Part shown: positions 10,094-22,256 of the stretch, in pieces
How the letters are laid out: each line of letters starts with the position of its first letter
Position numbering within the stretch: the first letter of the stretch is position 1
Source of the DNA: Torpedo marmorata
Lineage: Eukaryota
Assembly (NCBI GenBank): GCA_977017645.1
Contig: OZ360237.1
Location: forward strand, 45,818,001-45,882,000
DNA: 64,000 bases
Direction of reading: 5' to 3'
Position numbers and translations under genes: made by a program
The notes under the pieces: generated by a model
The model's database searches: none
The model's input: only the letters and a program-made list of their open reading frames with translations
What the model was told of the DNA's origin: nothing

Positions 10094-11782
10094 TCCTCGC
10101 TCACCATGTTAATAAAAATTGCTGATTTGGAAGTAGATGATGGAGCACATTGAATTTCAACTCACTTCTACAAAGCTGCCTTGAAATGTTCTGGTATATT
10201 GTACTATATACCTGAATCTGGTGACAGTAGCAAACTTGATTAACAGCATTCTGTTCCTTCATCTGAGCAAAATTCTCCTGCAGTTAAGTTCCTCTTTTGT
10301 GTGAAGGAGTTTAAGTAATAGCAATCTGCTGTCGTCCCTATTTTACCATTCATGTTATACTGTACATAAAATACATATCTTTTCGTACATGGTAACTTTT
10401 AAAGTTTCCCAAATGTGCATTATATGAAATTTGAAGATTTGATGCATGTGAAGGTTTTCCAGAATTGTTTTAATTCATTATAGGATAAACTTTTAATGGA
10501 TAGATTCATTTCTTGTTAAAACATGTTAGTGTGCACTTCACATTTGCAAAACCTTGCTCCCTGATGAGAATATTGTCACTGCTTGTTATAAATTTGTCTG
10601 TATTTTGAGTTCCCTTTGTAATCCCATCACATGGAAATAACATCCACTAGTTGTTGAGTTGTAATGCCTGTGTGTGCTTGAGCTGTACTATTATTAAAGT
10701 CCAATGCTCCAAACATTTTACATCTTCCCAAATTGTTACTCTATTTAACTGCATAATACAATAAAGGTCTTGTATTAAAATAAGGATAGAATGTATGTCT
10801 TATTCAAAACCTTCCATCATTTCTCCCACCCACCACACTCTGTGCACTTGTGTTTGCCTTGATTCTGCTTGTGTAATATTGTAGAAAATTGACCAATATG
10901 AAATGGGCACAACATTTTCCCCCTTTCACCAGCCCACTCCATTCACTAGATAAGTCAACAAGGGTATAAATTGCATTTGATTTTTTTGAGGATGTTAATA
11001 AGGAATCTTAATTGCTTTGCCTTGTCTTCAAAAACAAATTGAACTGATCTACAGTATTTTAGTAACATCTGAAATTTGTATCCATTATTTTCAGTGGATC
11101 ATTTGCACAGCTCATTTGAGCATCAGGCACATGTAGTTCAAATCAGCTGAAATAGCTTGGTTTCCCCACATTCTGGCAAAATTAGTAAAAATAAATAAAT
11201 ACAAAAGTTTTATACACATGGGAGAGTGATTTGTTTTCTATGCATGCAGTATTGTAGTTACATGACTATCCAGTTCGAAATTGATCAATTCTAATGTACA
11301 TTTAACAACACTTTGTATTTTGGGCCCATATTAATGAAAATTATTTTGTCAAATCAGTTTTGATGAGAAATTTGCAGTAAATATTAGAATGAACTGGAAA
11401 AATTGGTCTTTTTGCCAAAATTAAATTGGTCATGCAATAAAATCTTTGATTTTTTCTTTAATATTTAGAAAAATCTGACGGTAGAAATGAGTTTAAGACG
11501 CATTCTAAAGTGACAAAATATCAGTCCTATATTGCAGATCTAGCTGGAATGAGCCGAGGCATGTTTGATTTAAACTTTCCTGAAAAGTGATGAATTATGC
11601 TGTTATTTACGGCTCTCTATAATTTCTTGAGCTTTGTGCTTCTAAATCTTTTCCCATCAATCTGCAAATATGATCATAGTTCGCACTTGGTTAAGACATC
11701 TAGAATTCAATTCACTGCCATTTCAAATCCAGGAATGCCTGTTTTCTGATGTTTTAATAAATGTACTTGGACTTTAATTTCA

Positions 11783-11978
11783 AAGTAAAATGCTGCTGGT
11801 CCTGGAAATTTGAAATAAAAGGCAGAAAATGCTGGCAAAACAAGTCAGGCAATGTCTGTGGAGAGAAAAAGTTAATGCTTTGGATCCATGACTTTTCATC
11901 AAAAGGACATTGAGAACACTAAATTGCTCTCTCCAAAGACCTTGCCTGAACTTAATTTTGCCACAATTTTCTGCACTT
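11783..11978. mobile_element. old fold-back PLE terminal-repeat derivative
   Basis: gcagaaaatgctggcaaaac..caggcaatgtctgtggagaga is answered by ctctccaaagaccttgcctga..ttttgccacaattttctgc. Confidence 0.55.
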
Positions 11979-12187
11979 AATGCATTTTCTTTATTCTTTT
12001 AACTCTTAAAATCTATTGAATGCTCACTCATATCTTGTTGATGAAAGGGCTGTTTAGATTACAGATAGAGGTGTCAGCATGTATAGTTTGACATTATTGG
12101 GTGCTTCAGAAGCAGATGGACTAAGGTTTTTCAATTGCTCCCCACCTGAAGAACACATCAAGCTCGATGATTCCTATGTTATCTCTT

Positions 12188-13372
12188 CACAAGATATAGG
12201 AGCAGAAGTTGGCCCGTCGAGTCTGCTCCGCCATTCTAATCATGAGCTGATCCATCCTCCAACTCAGCCCAACTCCCTGGCTTTCTCCCTATAACCCTTG
12301 ATGCCCTGACTAATCAAATACCTGTCAATCTGCCTTAAATACACCCAATGACCTTGCTTCCACAGCCACCTGTGGCAACAAGTTCCACAGACTCGTGACA
12401 CTCTTTGACTAAAGAAATTTTCCCGCATCTCTGTTTTAAATTGATGCCTTTTTATCCTGAAGTTATACCCTCTTGTCCTAGACTCCCCTATCATGGGAAA
12501 CATCCTTGCCACATCTACTCTGTCTTGGCCTTTCAGCACTTGAAATGCTTCTGAGGTCCCCCCCCTCATCTTGTGCTCCAGTGAGTACAGTCCAAGAGCT
12601 GACAATCGTTCCTCATGTATGCTAATCCTTTCATTCCTGGTATCATTCCAGTAAACCTTTGAACCCTCTCCAACAGCAGCACGTCTTTCCTCAAATAGGT
12701 GTAAAAAAACAGTACACAGTACCCCAGATGAGGTCTCACCAGTGTTTATTATAGAGTCTCAACGTTACCTCCCTGCTCTTATATGCTATTCCTCTAGAAA
12801 CGAATGCCAACATTGCATTTGCCTTCACTGTCGACTCAACCTGGAGGTTAACCTTTAGGGTATCCTGCACTAGGACTCCCAAGTCTCTTTGCACTTTGGA
12901 ATTTTGAATTTTCTCCCCATCTAAATAATAGTCTGCGCGACTATTTCTTCTAGAAAAGTGCATGACTACACTTTCCAACATTGGGCAAAGAGATGGCAGA
13001 TGAAATACATTCTCCTATTCAAGTCTCTCTGCAGCCTTTCGGTATCCTCAGCACCACCCGCCTTACCACCTATTTTGGTATCATCTGCAAATGTAGCCAC
13101 AAAGCCATCTATTCTATAATCCAAATCATTTAGAAACAGTGTAAAAAGAAGCAGCCCCAACACAGACCCCTGCGGAACACCACTGGTAATCGGTAGCGAA
13201 GAATAGGATTCCTTTATTCCTATTCTCCGTTTCCTGCCGATCAGCCAATGCTCTACCCATGCTGGTATCATCCTGTAATTCCATGGTCTCGCATCTTGTT
13301 TAGCAGCCTTGTATGTGGCACCTTGTCAAAAGTCCAAGTACACAACGTCCACTGCATGTTCCCTGTTTACCT
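12188..13372 (-). mobile_element. CR1 LINE, 5'-truncated, decayed RT plus 3' UTR
   Basis: Fragmented ORFs include ITSGVPQGSVLG, FADDTKIGG, QRDLGVLV and LGLYSLE. Confidence 0.92.
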
Positions 13373-14650
13373 CTTGAGCCAAGTAGGTGGATTGTTTTGC
13401 AGAGTTGTGTTGGCTGGAACACTGGCAATGACTTGCATCTCTCAGCGAGTGGCATTGGAGCATTAGTGCCATGTAGTAGCTTGAGTGCTATCTGCATTTA
13501 AGATTAAATAATGTAATAATTCATTTTAATTAGTGGACTGGAACAGCTGTAAGAGTTCCATAGTTTAATTCAGTTTTTGAGCAGTTATTTAAACAAGTAT
13601 TAGACACCAGTGGAACTAGGCAGAAAAATGGTTTAGCACAGGCTGGAAGGGCCGAAGGGGCCTGTTTCTGTGCTGTAATATTCTACGGAGAGATGATACC
13701 TTGATCTGGCTTTGGAACATGGGACAATACTAAAATTTGAACTTTTTGTATCCAGGCGCTATTCATTGGGTAACAGAGCTGGATGAGGCCTCCTCCCTAA
13801 ACTGCAGATGAAAGTTTGGACTGATAATGTCAGCTAGCATGATAGCACAATAGTAACTGGGTTATTGTTGAGACACCTGGATTACCACAGCAGATTTTCA
13901 GATCTGCTCAATTTTCTTGTACAAAATGTTGGTAGCACTCACTGCTAGTTATAGGTTGACAATACAAATTACGTGTAGCATTTTCTTACTGAGAACAGAT
14001 TAACATTTCATTGTTCAAATGCACATCTGCTTTGAATAACCCACATACCTCATTATCTTCCTATTAACCCCTTTTAACATGTACACACAGTGAAATCTTT
14101 TGGTTTATTGCATACATGTATAACGAAATGTGGATTTTAAGGTTCAGTGATGTTTGTGAAAGAAATGTATAAAACCTGTCCTTTGTGAATAAACTGGTTA
14201 ATAGTGTGCATAAAACAAACTAATGAATAATTTTCATTTATCTAAACTTAGAAATGTTTTTTCCTCAGACTTCTATGAAATATTACAGCAACTTCAGTTC
14301 TTTTTAGTGTGTCCTAAAACAGTTGTCTTAGTTGTATGGGCTAAATTTAATGAAGATTTTTACATTTTACTTCTGCCCGCATTAGCTTCATTACAATAAT
14401 GGCTAATGTTTTATTGGGGTAGTGCTAATGAAATCACAAATCTGTTTTTTTTCATGTATATGATTGAAGTTAGCAATTCACTTTTAACATTTGCTTTGGT
14501 ATTGATAAGATGCAGAGAACCTGGGGCTGTTATTTCTATTTCAGCTTGGAACTGATCCCTAGTAATTTTATCTAAACTAAAACTTGACTCTTCAGATATA
14601 TTTCACTATCCCTAAAGTGCATTGGCAGTGTCAGGTTGCAAAAAAATTCC

Positions 14651-15410
14651 CAAGATTCCTTGGTTGTCATGTAATAGTACAGAACATGTAATATTACACA
14701 AAATTGTCTTCTGCCTGCCCTAAGGCAGACAGAGTCACCATTAATGCCGCCTGGAGCCCCTTGTGGTACGAAAGGAGAAGCAAAATAGTCGCTTCAGAGA
14801 CGCTGAGTATGCGTGGATTCGCCTCCTGCAGCTGCAGACTCCTGTCCGATCCATCGGCAACCCAAGATCGAGATTCAAACCTCCGACAAGATCAGGAAGC
14901 CTTCAGTGCCTGAGGCCCTTCAGGAGCCTTTCTTGCCCTCAGCACCCTCTCAAGTTCCAGCTCTGGTTCCCATTAGCCATTCTCCAGCAGCCCGTACGGG
15001 TCCCCCGACCACAAGTCGCCCACAGCCTATGTGGGTCCCTCAGCCACTGAGCCCCTTGGTCTGCTGCCGTGGTCACGATCCTGTCCAGTCGCTTCCTCTT
15101 CTTTCCAACAGGGGGGGGGGTTCCCCCATTTCAGGTGCCCTGTGCTGATCTACTGCTCCCCAGAGTCTGCAGCCCTTCATGGCCGCTGCCGAGCCCAGGC
15201 ACCACCATCTTGGGCACAGACTTTACAGTTGCAGGATTTTTAATAACACCATTGGCTCCTTTAACGGGCCATTTCAAGGCTGTACAGAGCTACTGGAATT
15301 AGGACCAGGCGGCTGAACCCTTTGGCGCAGTGCTATATCTTCGCTCTCCTGGGTCTACACCAGCGGCAGCGCTGCTGTTATAACAGTTCTGGTGGTGCTG
15401 CCATTTTTTT
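14651..15410 (-). mobile_element. GC-rich non-autonomous retroposon, copy 2 (divergent subfamily)
   Basis: Same organisation as 5265-6031: caagattc..ttgtcatg..taaggcagacaga at one end, gctgccatttttt at the other. Confidence 0.75.
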
Positions 15411-15429
15411 TGTTCTCTAAATGTTAAGA

Positions 15430-16520
15430 AAATGTACTAGTTCTTTACTTTCTAGCCTATTGCCACTACCCTCTGCTTTCTGCAGGCAAGCCAATTCTGA
15501 ATCCACACAGCCAAAGTTCCACGGATACCATGCCTCATGACTTTCTGAATGAGTCTGCCATGGGGAACCTTGTCAAATGTCTTACTAAAATCCATATGCA
15601 CCACATCTACTGCCCCAGCTTCATCAGTTTCTTTTGTCACATCCTCAAAAAACTTATTAGGCTCATGAGGTACAACTGCCCCTCATAGAGCCATGCTGAC
15701 TATCTATGTGAAGACTATGCTTCTCTAAATGCTCGTAAATCCTGTCCCTAAGAATCCTATTCCAGCAGATTGGCCATCACTGACGCAAGACTCACTGGTC
15801 TATAATTCACAGGATTCTCCCTATTACCTTTTTTTAAACAAGGGGACTACATTTTCCACTCTCCAATCCTCTGGTACCTCCTTTGTGGTCAGGGAGGACA
15901 CAGATCATTGTCAGCACCCCAGCAATCTCTTCCCTTGCTTCCTCTCGTAGCCTGGGCTATATCTCACCCAGTCCTGGGAAACTGAATGTTTCGAAGATCC
16001 ATCACTTTCTCTTAACCTCAACATGCTCCAGCACATAAGCCTGTTCTCTACTGACCTCACATTGGCCAAGGTCCCCCTCTCTCTGATAAACACTAAAGCA
16101 AAGTATTCATTTAGGACCTCCTCTGCCTCCATCACATGTTTTTTCCTTTACCAAGCAGCCCTACCTTCACTCTAGTCATCCCCTGTTCTTCATGTATGCA
16201 TTAGAACTCCTTAGGAATTTCCTTAATCCTACTTGGCAAGGCTTTCCTTCTCGTGCCCCCTTCGAGCTCTCCTCAGTCATTAAGTTCCTTGCTGGCTTCC
16301 ATATAATTTTAATGAGCCCTTCCTGACTTTTGCTTCCTAAACCTTGTGCTTCCTTCTTCGTCCTGACTAGCTGTCCCACCTCTCTTGTCAACTATGGCTT
16401 CTTTACTATTACCATATTTTCCTGTCTCATAGGGAATAACTTATCCACACATGTGATCGCTAAACATCCTCTACATTTCTGCCACTTTTCCCCAAGAGCA
16501 TCTGTTCATAAGTTCCTGCA
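15430..16520 (-). mobile_element. CR1 LINE internal ORF2 fragment
   Basis: AVDVVHMDFSKTFDKVPHGRL..WIQNWL..QRVV and EVLNEYFALVF. Confidence 0.88.
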
Positions 16521-16934
16521 TTTTCCCATGGGTTAATTGGCCATTCTGCAATCTCAAAATCTGAATGAAAGGAGTGATTTGACCTGAGTGTAATGGATTT
16601 GTGGGAGAATATTTCAATGTCCTACTCCTGCTCTTGCCCTGTAAATGTGTATTATTCCCTTTCAGAAACTAATTTCCAGATGCTTTTTTATAAATCCACC
16701 TATGATGTTCAAGGATGTTCAATGTGAGAATATGTTTCACAATTTCAATGGTCTGCAAAACCTATTTTAAAGTTAATAATTTGTGTACAATTTCTTGCAT
16801 CTCTAAGACCAATGGGTCACTTAAATTTTCCTTTGCTTTAATTCAGAAGGTAGAAAACACGGTGAAAATAAAAAGTCAGAAAAAGTTTACACCATATTCT
16901 TCCAGTCACAAACTATGTTTCTCATGGTGCCTTT

Positions 16935-17070
16935 TAACCTTGAAGGGGTAGGGCCCGAAACATTGGTTATATATCGTTACCTCCTAAGGACAACTTGAGA
17001 GACCTGCTGTTCCTCCAGCACTTCTGTGTTTTTACTACAATCACAGGATCTGGAGACTTTCGTGTTTCAC
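16935..17070 (+). mobile_element. PLE terminal-repeat fragment
   Basis: ggcccgaaacattggttatat...ctccagcacttctgtgtttttactacaatcaca. Confidence 0.65.
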
Positions 17071-20000
17071 TGCCTTTTAACATTGCCATTGCAATATGAT
17101 TTTAGTTAAATATTGGATTAAAATTGCTAATTCAGAATTATTTTATTTCCACTCCTACTTGCTAACACATAGTGAGGCAAATGATTAGTTCCAGCATCGC
17201 TGCTTTTTTAGAATTTTCATGGTGAACATTGGTATGATAATTAGTATCTTCAAATACAAACTTCTCAGCTGAGCTGAGGGAAGAATGTACCTACCAAGAA
17301 TATACCTAATCTGCATTCTCAATGCTAAAGTCCAAGGGGCAAAAGCATTATGTTCTGCTTCTCTTGGGTTCAAATTGTATTTCATTCATCTCTGGTCACC
17401 TTGTTTCTTTGCTCTTTGATTTTCTACGTGCAATAGTAATACCACTTACCAATGTATGGAATGACACCAGAAATTTTAGAAAGCTGAATATCAGGGAATT
17501 ATTGAAGTGCTTTTCAAAGGATTAGATGGTATAAATTGAAGTGGCAATTATTTTTCTAATGTGCATAATTATAATTCATTACAATTGACCATTCAATGCA
17601 CTTTGGATAAGAATGTCAAATATAACTGGGCATGCCTAGTTGTGAAAAATTGCAGTTATTCTCCTTTGGCATCTGCGATCATTATTGAACATAGAATAAA
17701 AATAGCCATCCAAAAAGGCTCTTTGTGAAGTCAGAGGTGCTATTAACGAAGGAACGTGAAACCCCCTGAGACATGGACTGAAAGAGGGAACCAAAATCTG
17801 CCAAAGGTCTTTCGTATGAATTGTATGAAAATGGAGGCCCAGAATGCATTTAATTTTTGCACCTGCCATGTGCTAGTTTTGCCAAGATGACAAGCCAGCA
17901 AAGAATTGAATTTGCAATTTTTTCCTGGCAATCATAAGGGGCAGGAAGTTGTCAGAAAAGTTTATCATTTCACAGAGATGACCTTTCAAGGCAATTGTTT
18001 TTTGTCAAATTTGAGTGGTCTTTCCAAGTGACTCCAAGAAGTACAGAAGATTGTTTTTCCATACAGTAAGACACCAAATGGATGAAAAAATTCAAGATTA
18101 TTTGGTTACTTTTCAACTTTCCTGGGACCTGAGCAACTTTAATATTTGAATAGCTTCAGAATGGTGATTGAAGAAAATTAAGACTATATTGAAGAATTGA
18201 TTGAATCTCGAAGATATAATTTAATGGAAAACCTAGAACGTAAGAGACAAAATGGTCAAGATTTTTTTTATCCATTTGCATTCAAATAGAAGCTTTCACT
18301 TTCGCTTGATCTTCAGATGTTTGTGTACTCCAAATTCCATAGGTATGACATGTCGTAGTTATACCTTTTTCTGATCTAATTGCATCATGAATTGTGTAAA
18401 GTGCTTAAGATTGACGGGTGCCTGCTTTGTGTCGGTGAAAATGTAAAGATTTTATGTAATAAATAACTTTTTAGTGAATACCATGAAAATGTTATTTTCA
18501 TGCAGCCACCCAATAACTAGGTTTTTGGGCCATTTGTATTGGTTACGTTCCATACTTTCTGATGCTGGTGTATTCTACTATTAGAAACATGGTTAATTAG
18601 TTTCCCTTCGGGAGTAATTGCTTCTCAATATATTAGTGCTGATTGGTGGTTCGTGCTGGTCAGTAGCTCGTGAATTCTTGAAGCATAGTCTTTGCTTTTA
18701 TTTTTTCTGATTCACAATAGCCTTTGCAGAGGATAGGATATGTAATTTGAGTCCAATTGCTTTCTGTGCAATCTCATTTCAGATGCAGCTTGATTTGTAT
18801 GGTTAGAATTCTATTTACATTAGAACTTGTCATGATCTTTAAGCAACTGCACATTTGAGTTGTAGTGATTACTCAAATGGAAGATGTGAATGTACTAAGG
18901 CTTACATTGGAAATGCAATCTTCTGTGCTTTGCATAGTCTCATTGATTAAACAAATTGTTTTGGACCCACAGTAAGTGCATGATAATTATTTCACATCAG
19001 TCAAACTAAGGCATTGGTTCAGCTTTCATTAGCATTTTCCTTGAATGTCATTATCTTGGTGCACCTGTTGCCAGCTCTACAGATGGTGCGTAAACTGATC
19101 TCATTACTACCAGTTGCAGGGTATACCGGTACTGCCCTGCTGACCACCGTCTTGGAGTGGGAAGTAAGGTGACTCTTAAAGCATCTACACTGCCGAATTG
19201 GCTTCATGTTGACACAATGATGCAGGGTTTGTATGATATGCTCTAACGTGCTCTGGTTCTTGATTCTTGTCCCAACTGCTGGGTATTTTTGCTTCTACTA
19301 GTCTGAAAGGATCAACTATTTTGTATAATCTTTCCAAATGTTTCTGTATGGCTACTTGGCATTCGAAGGACTAGATCACTTTATAGTTAACAACCAACCA
19401 GTATGTCATCAACCACAAATTCCTGACTCCCTGCTTTATTCTTCCATAGATCTGAAGATTAGTGCTTCAGAATAATCTTAAGGCTCGATTGTATCAGCAG
19501 AGCTTATCTGCAATATTTTACATTTGTCCTGCTCTTTAGATCTTTTGTGGCTTTTCTCATTGGATGTCAATTGATTTCATAAATTCTTAAACAGCTAAAC
19601 TTCGGGGACATTTTAACCAACAAATGGTAAGGTTCATACTCAATCCGCTGACGCTAAATAATATACACATCATTAGATATGTCATTATGATGACACAAAA
19701 CTATATTTGACAATACTTTTCATGATACACTCCCCAGTGCACAAATTATATAAATGAATAAAAAATGGTTATCAATTTAAAAACTTGAGCTGGTTATTGA
19801 CTGCTGATTTCAGGATTTTTAGGCTGAAGCAGGGGAGATGGACAGTCTCATAAATATGTAGTGAATTGTTTTAATTTTGGAAGGAATATGGGGTGCAGTA
19901 ATCAATATTGCACAGCTGCAATATTCTGGTTCAACCTCAGCAGAAAATGGTTGTGGCTAGGAAGGAGTTTTGTGGGGAATAAGCTCGGAGTTTCTAAAAT

Positions 20001-20579
20001 GTAACAGGAGAAAATATATTATTTTCCTGTGTATGTAACGTAAGCTTTCTGACTTCAGGAGAGGCTGAGAGGAGGAGGACATGCTGTTTGCTGGTAGGCC
20101 TCAGTTGTAAGGATGAACTAAATTTTTGGTTTCATAAATTGGCATTTTGGGGAGCTTGCAGTGATATGCTTGTATGGTTGTTTTCTGCCATCCTGAAAGC
20201 ATTTTTCTACTGATCTTGCCCAGCTCTCAGTTTTACCTCTGGTGGACTATTGGCAGTCACATTTGATCTGCTTTGTTCTGCAGATCATGAACTTGGGTAT
20301 TAAATACACAAGCTCTCTTGCCTGATCAAATTAAGCAGCAACAATAAATTTTTATACTTCACATCTTTTACTAGCTTTTCCCATTGTTACATTCATTTCC
20401 TCAAGCTGTACTTTCTTTCCTAGTTCAAAGTTTTGTGAATGCCCAAATATTAATTACTTCACTGCCTGCAATTAGTCACCAAGGCACCATGGTGTGGAAT
20501 TAACTTCCCAGACAAATTTTGAAGGACAACACACCTCTACAGTCATGGTTATTTGACTAAATAACTCCTTGTGTCATTA

Positions 20580-21240
20580 ACAAATTAGCTGTGAAATTAT
20601 GAACTTTTTACATTAAAGGGACTAGATATGTGGAGTAAGAATATGGAAAAGCAATGTGAAAAAGGACAATAACATAAAACTAAAAATTGCAAAATTAAGG
20701 AGGGTGGTAAACAAGAGGCCAGATTGGCTTTACATTGGAATAGTTTAGTCTTGAGATTGAAGAATGGATGTCCGTTTCATCATCAAATAGACAACTGTTA
20801 CAATGGCAAGAATATTTGGAAGCTTGGCTCAGGATCAAATGGGGCGCCAATTGTGAGAGTCATTGATTCATTTCCTCAGGATAGAAAGCACAATAACAAG
20901 TTTATGTGGTTGGGAATTGCGGAAGTGCAGGTTAAAGAACATTAGCAAGCTATTCTATCGCAAGGTGAGATGGTTTAGAAGGAACAGGAAGATCATGAAA
21001 ATACACTTATTGAAAAGGTATACAATGGATGAAAATGAAGACCTAGAATTGAAATAATATATCAGAAAGCCATACAGAATTGGGGATAAATGTATTTAAT
21101 TCATAATTCAAGCAAGATGTCTGGAACATGCAGTAATTTTTCATAGAATAGTTGAGCTGTTGTATAAACATTTCAAGCAGTAGATTGCATTGGGCTGTGG
21201 AAAAAGGATTTATTTTGCTCTGGTAAGATCATACACCTGA
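20580..21240 (+). mobile_element. ancient degenerate CR1-type remnant
   Basis: Weak resemblance to CR1 EN/RT-region DNA (gaggccagattgg.., ctctggtaagatcatacacctga). Confidence 0.3.
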
Positions 21241-21814
21241 CCACTTCACATTTGATTTGTTTCTGCCCAGCTGTTATGCAGGCTGTCGCACGAGAGCATT
21301 GTTATCCTTCGCATGGTAACCCAGTCACTTGTTACCACATACTTACACATTTCATAAATGGATATTCCTCATCCATATACTAACTGTCGTCTGTTGCATT
21401 ATTGCCTGTTATCACATTGGTGTAACTGAGGTTATTGGGTATGTATGGGATTAAAATGTCATCTTGATGGTCCTTTTCCAGAAAAAGTTTCTAAAATCTT
21501 GCTGCTCAGAAGGAGGCTAATTCAGGTAAGGATGGTTGATGCTATAAGTTTTCAATACATGGATTATTTCAACTACCAAAACTAAGTGGAAATGGAATAA
21601 TACAAATGCTATGATATTGTCCTACTCTGTATTTATAACCTCAATATGGAGTTTATATTTTCCCCATGATAAGTTGCTTCAAATAACTTTGCCACATAAC
21701 AGTATTTTTCACATTTTGGAATGTGCTATATTGAACAATGTAGAACAACATATTTGATTAGCATTAAAGCAATCAATTTGTAAAAATCCATCACTTTTCT
21801 GGAGAAGTCTAAAG

Positions 21815-22036
21815 CTGCCATTCTCAACGGGGGCCCTATGTCCCCACTGGGGCACAGCACATTTAAGTAAAACCCTTGTTTTCTTTTCACCTCGCGTAAC
21901 ATAAATATTTTTTATGTAGAAGGTAGGAGAGAAGTACGGAAGAAACCAAAATTTGACTGCTTCACAGGGAAGGGGACCCATAAACTTTGAGCAGAGTCCA
22001 AGGGGGGCCGTAGCCAAAAAAAGTTGAGAATGGCTG
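21815..22036. mobile_element. hAT (Charlie-like) MITE, copy 1
   Basis: 14-bp TIRs ctgccattctcaac / gttgagaatggctg. Imperfect 8-bp TSD gtctaaag/gggtaaag. Second copy at 55694. Confidence 0.8.
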
Positions 22037-22256
22037 GGGTAAAGAACACTTTCTCTAGTCTCGACACATAAATTCCCCTATCCCTGTTCCCATTGTAAAT
22101 CTCCCACGGCAATGATGTCTTTCCGAACTGAACACAATATTTTAGCCAATGATGAGTGATATTTGTGGTTTAGCGTCATCTTTTGCACTCCATCTGTCAA
22201 CATGATGAATTAACTTTTTAGCAACTGTCCTTCCACCTTCAACGAATAATGTATGT

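Noticed and set aside
22148-22215. Box C/D snoRNA (ATGATGA motifs)
   Set aside because: No appropriately placed CTGA box D or terminal stem.
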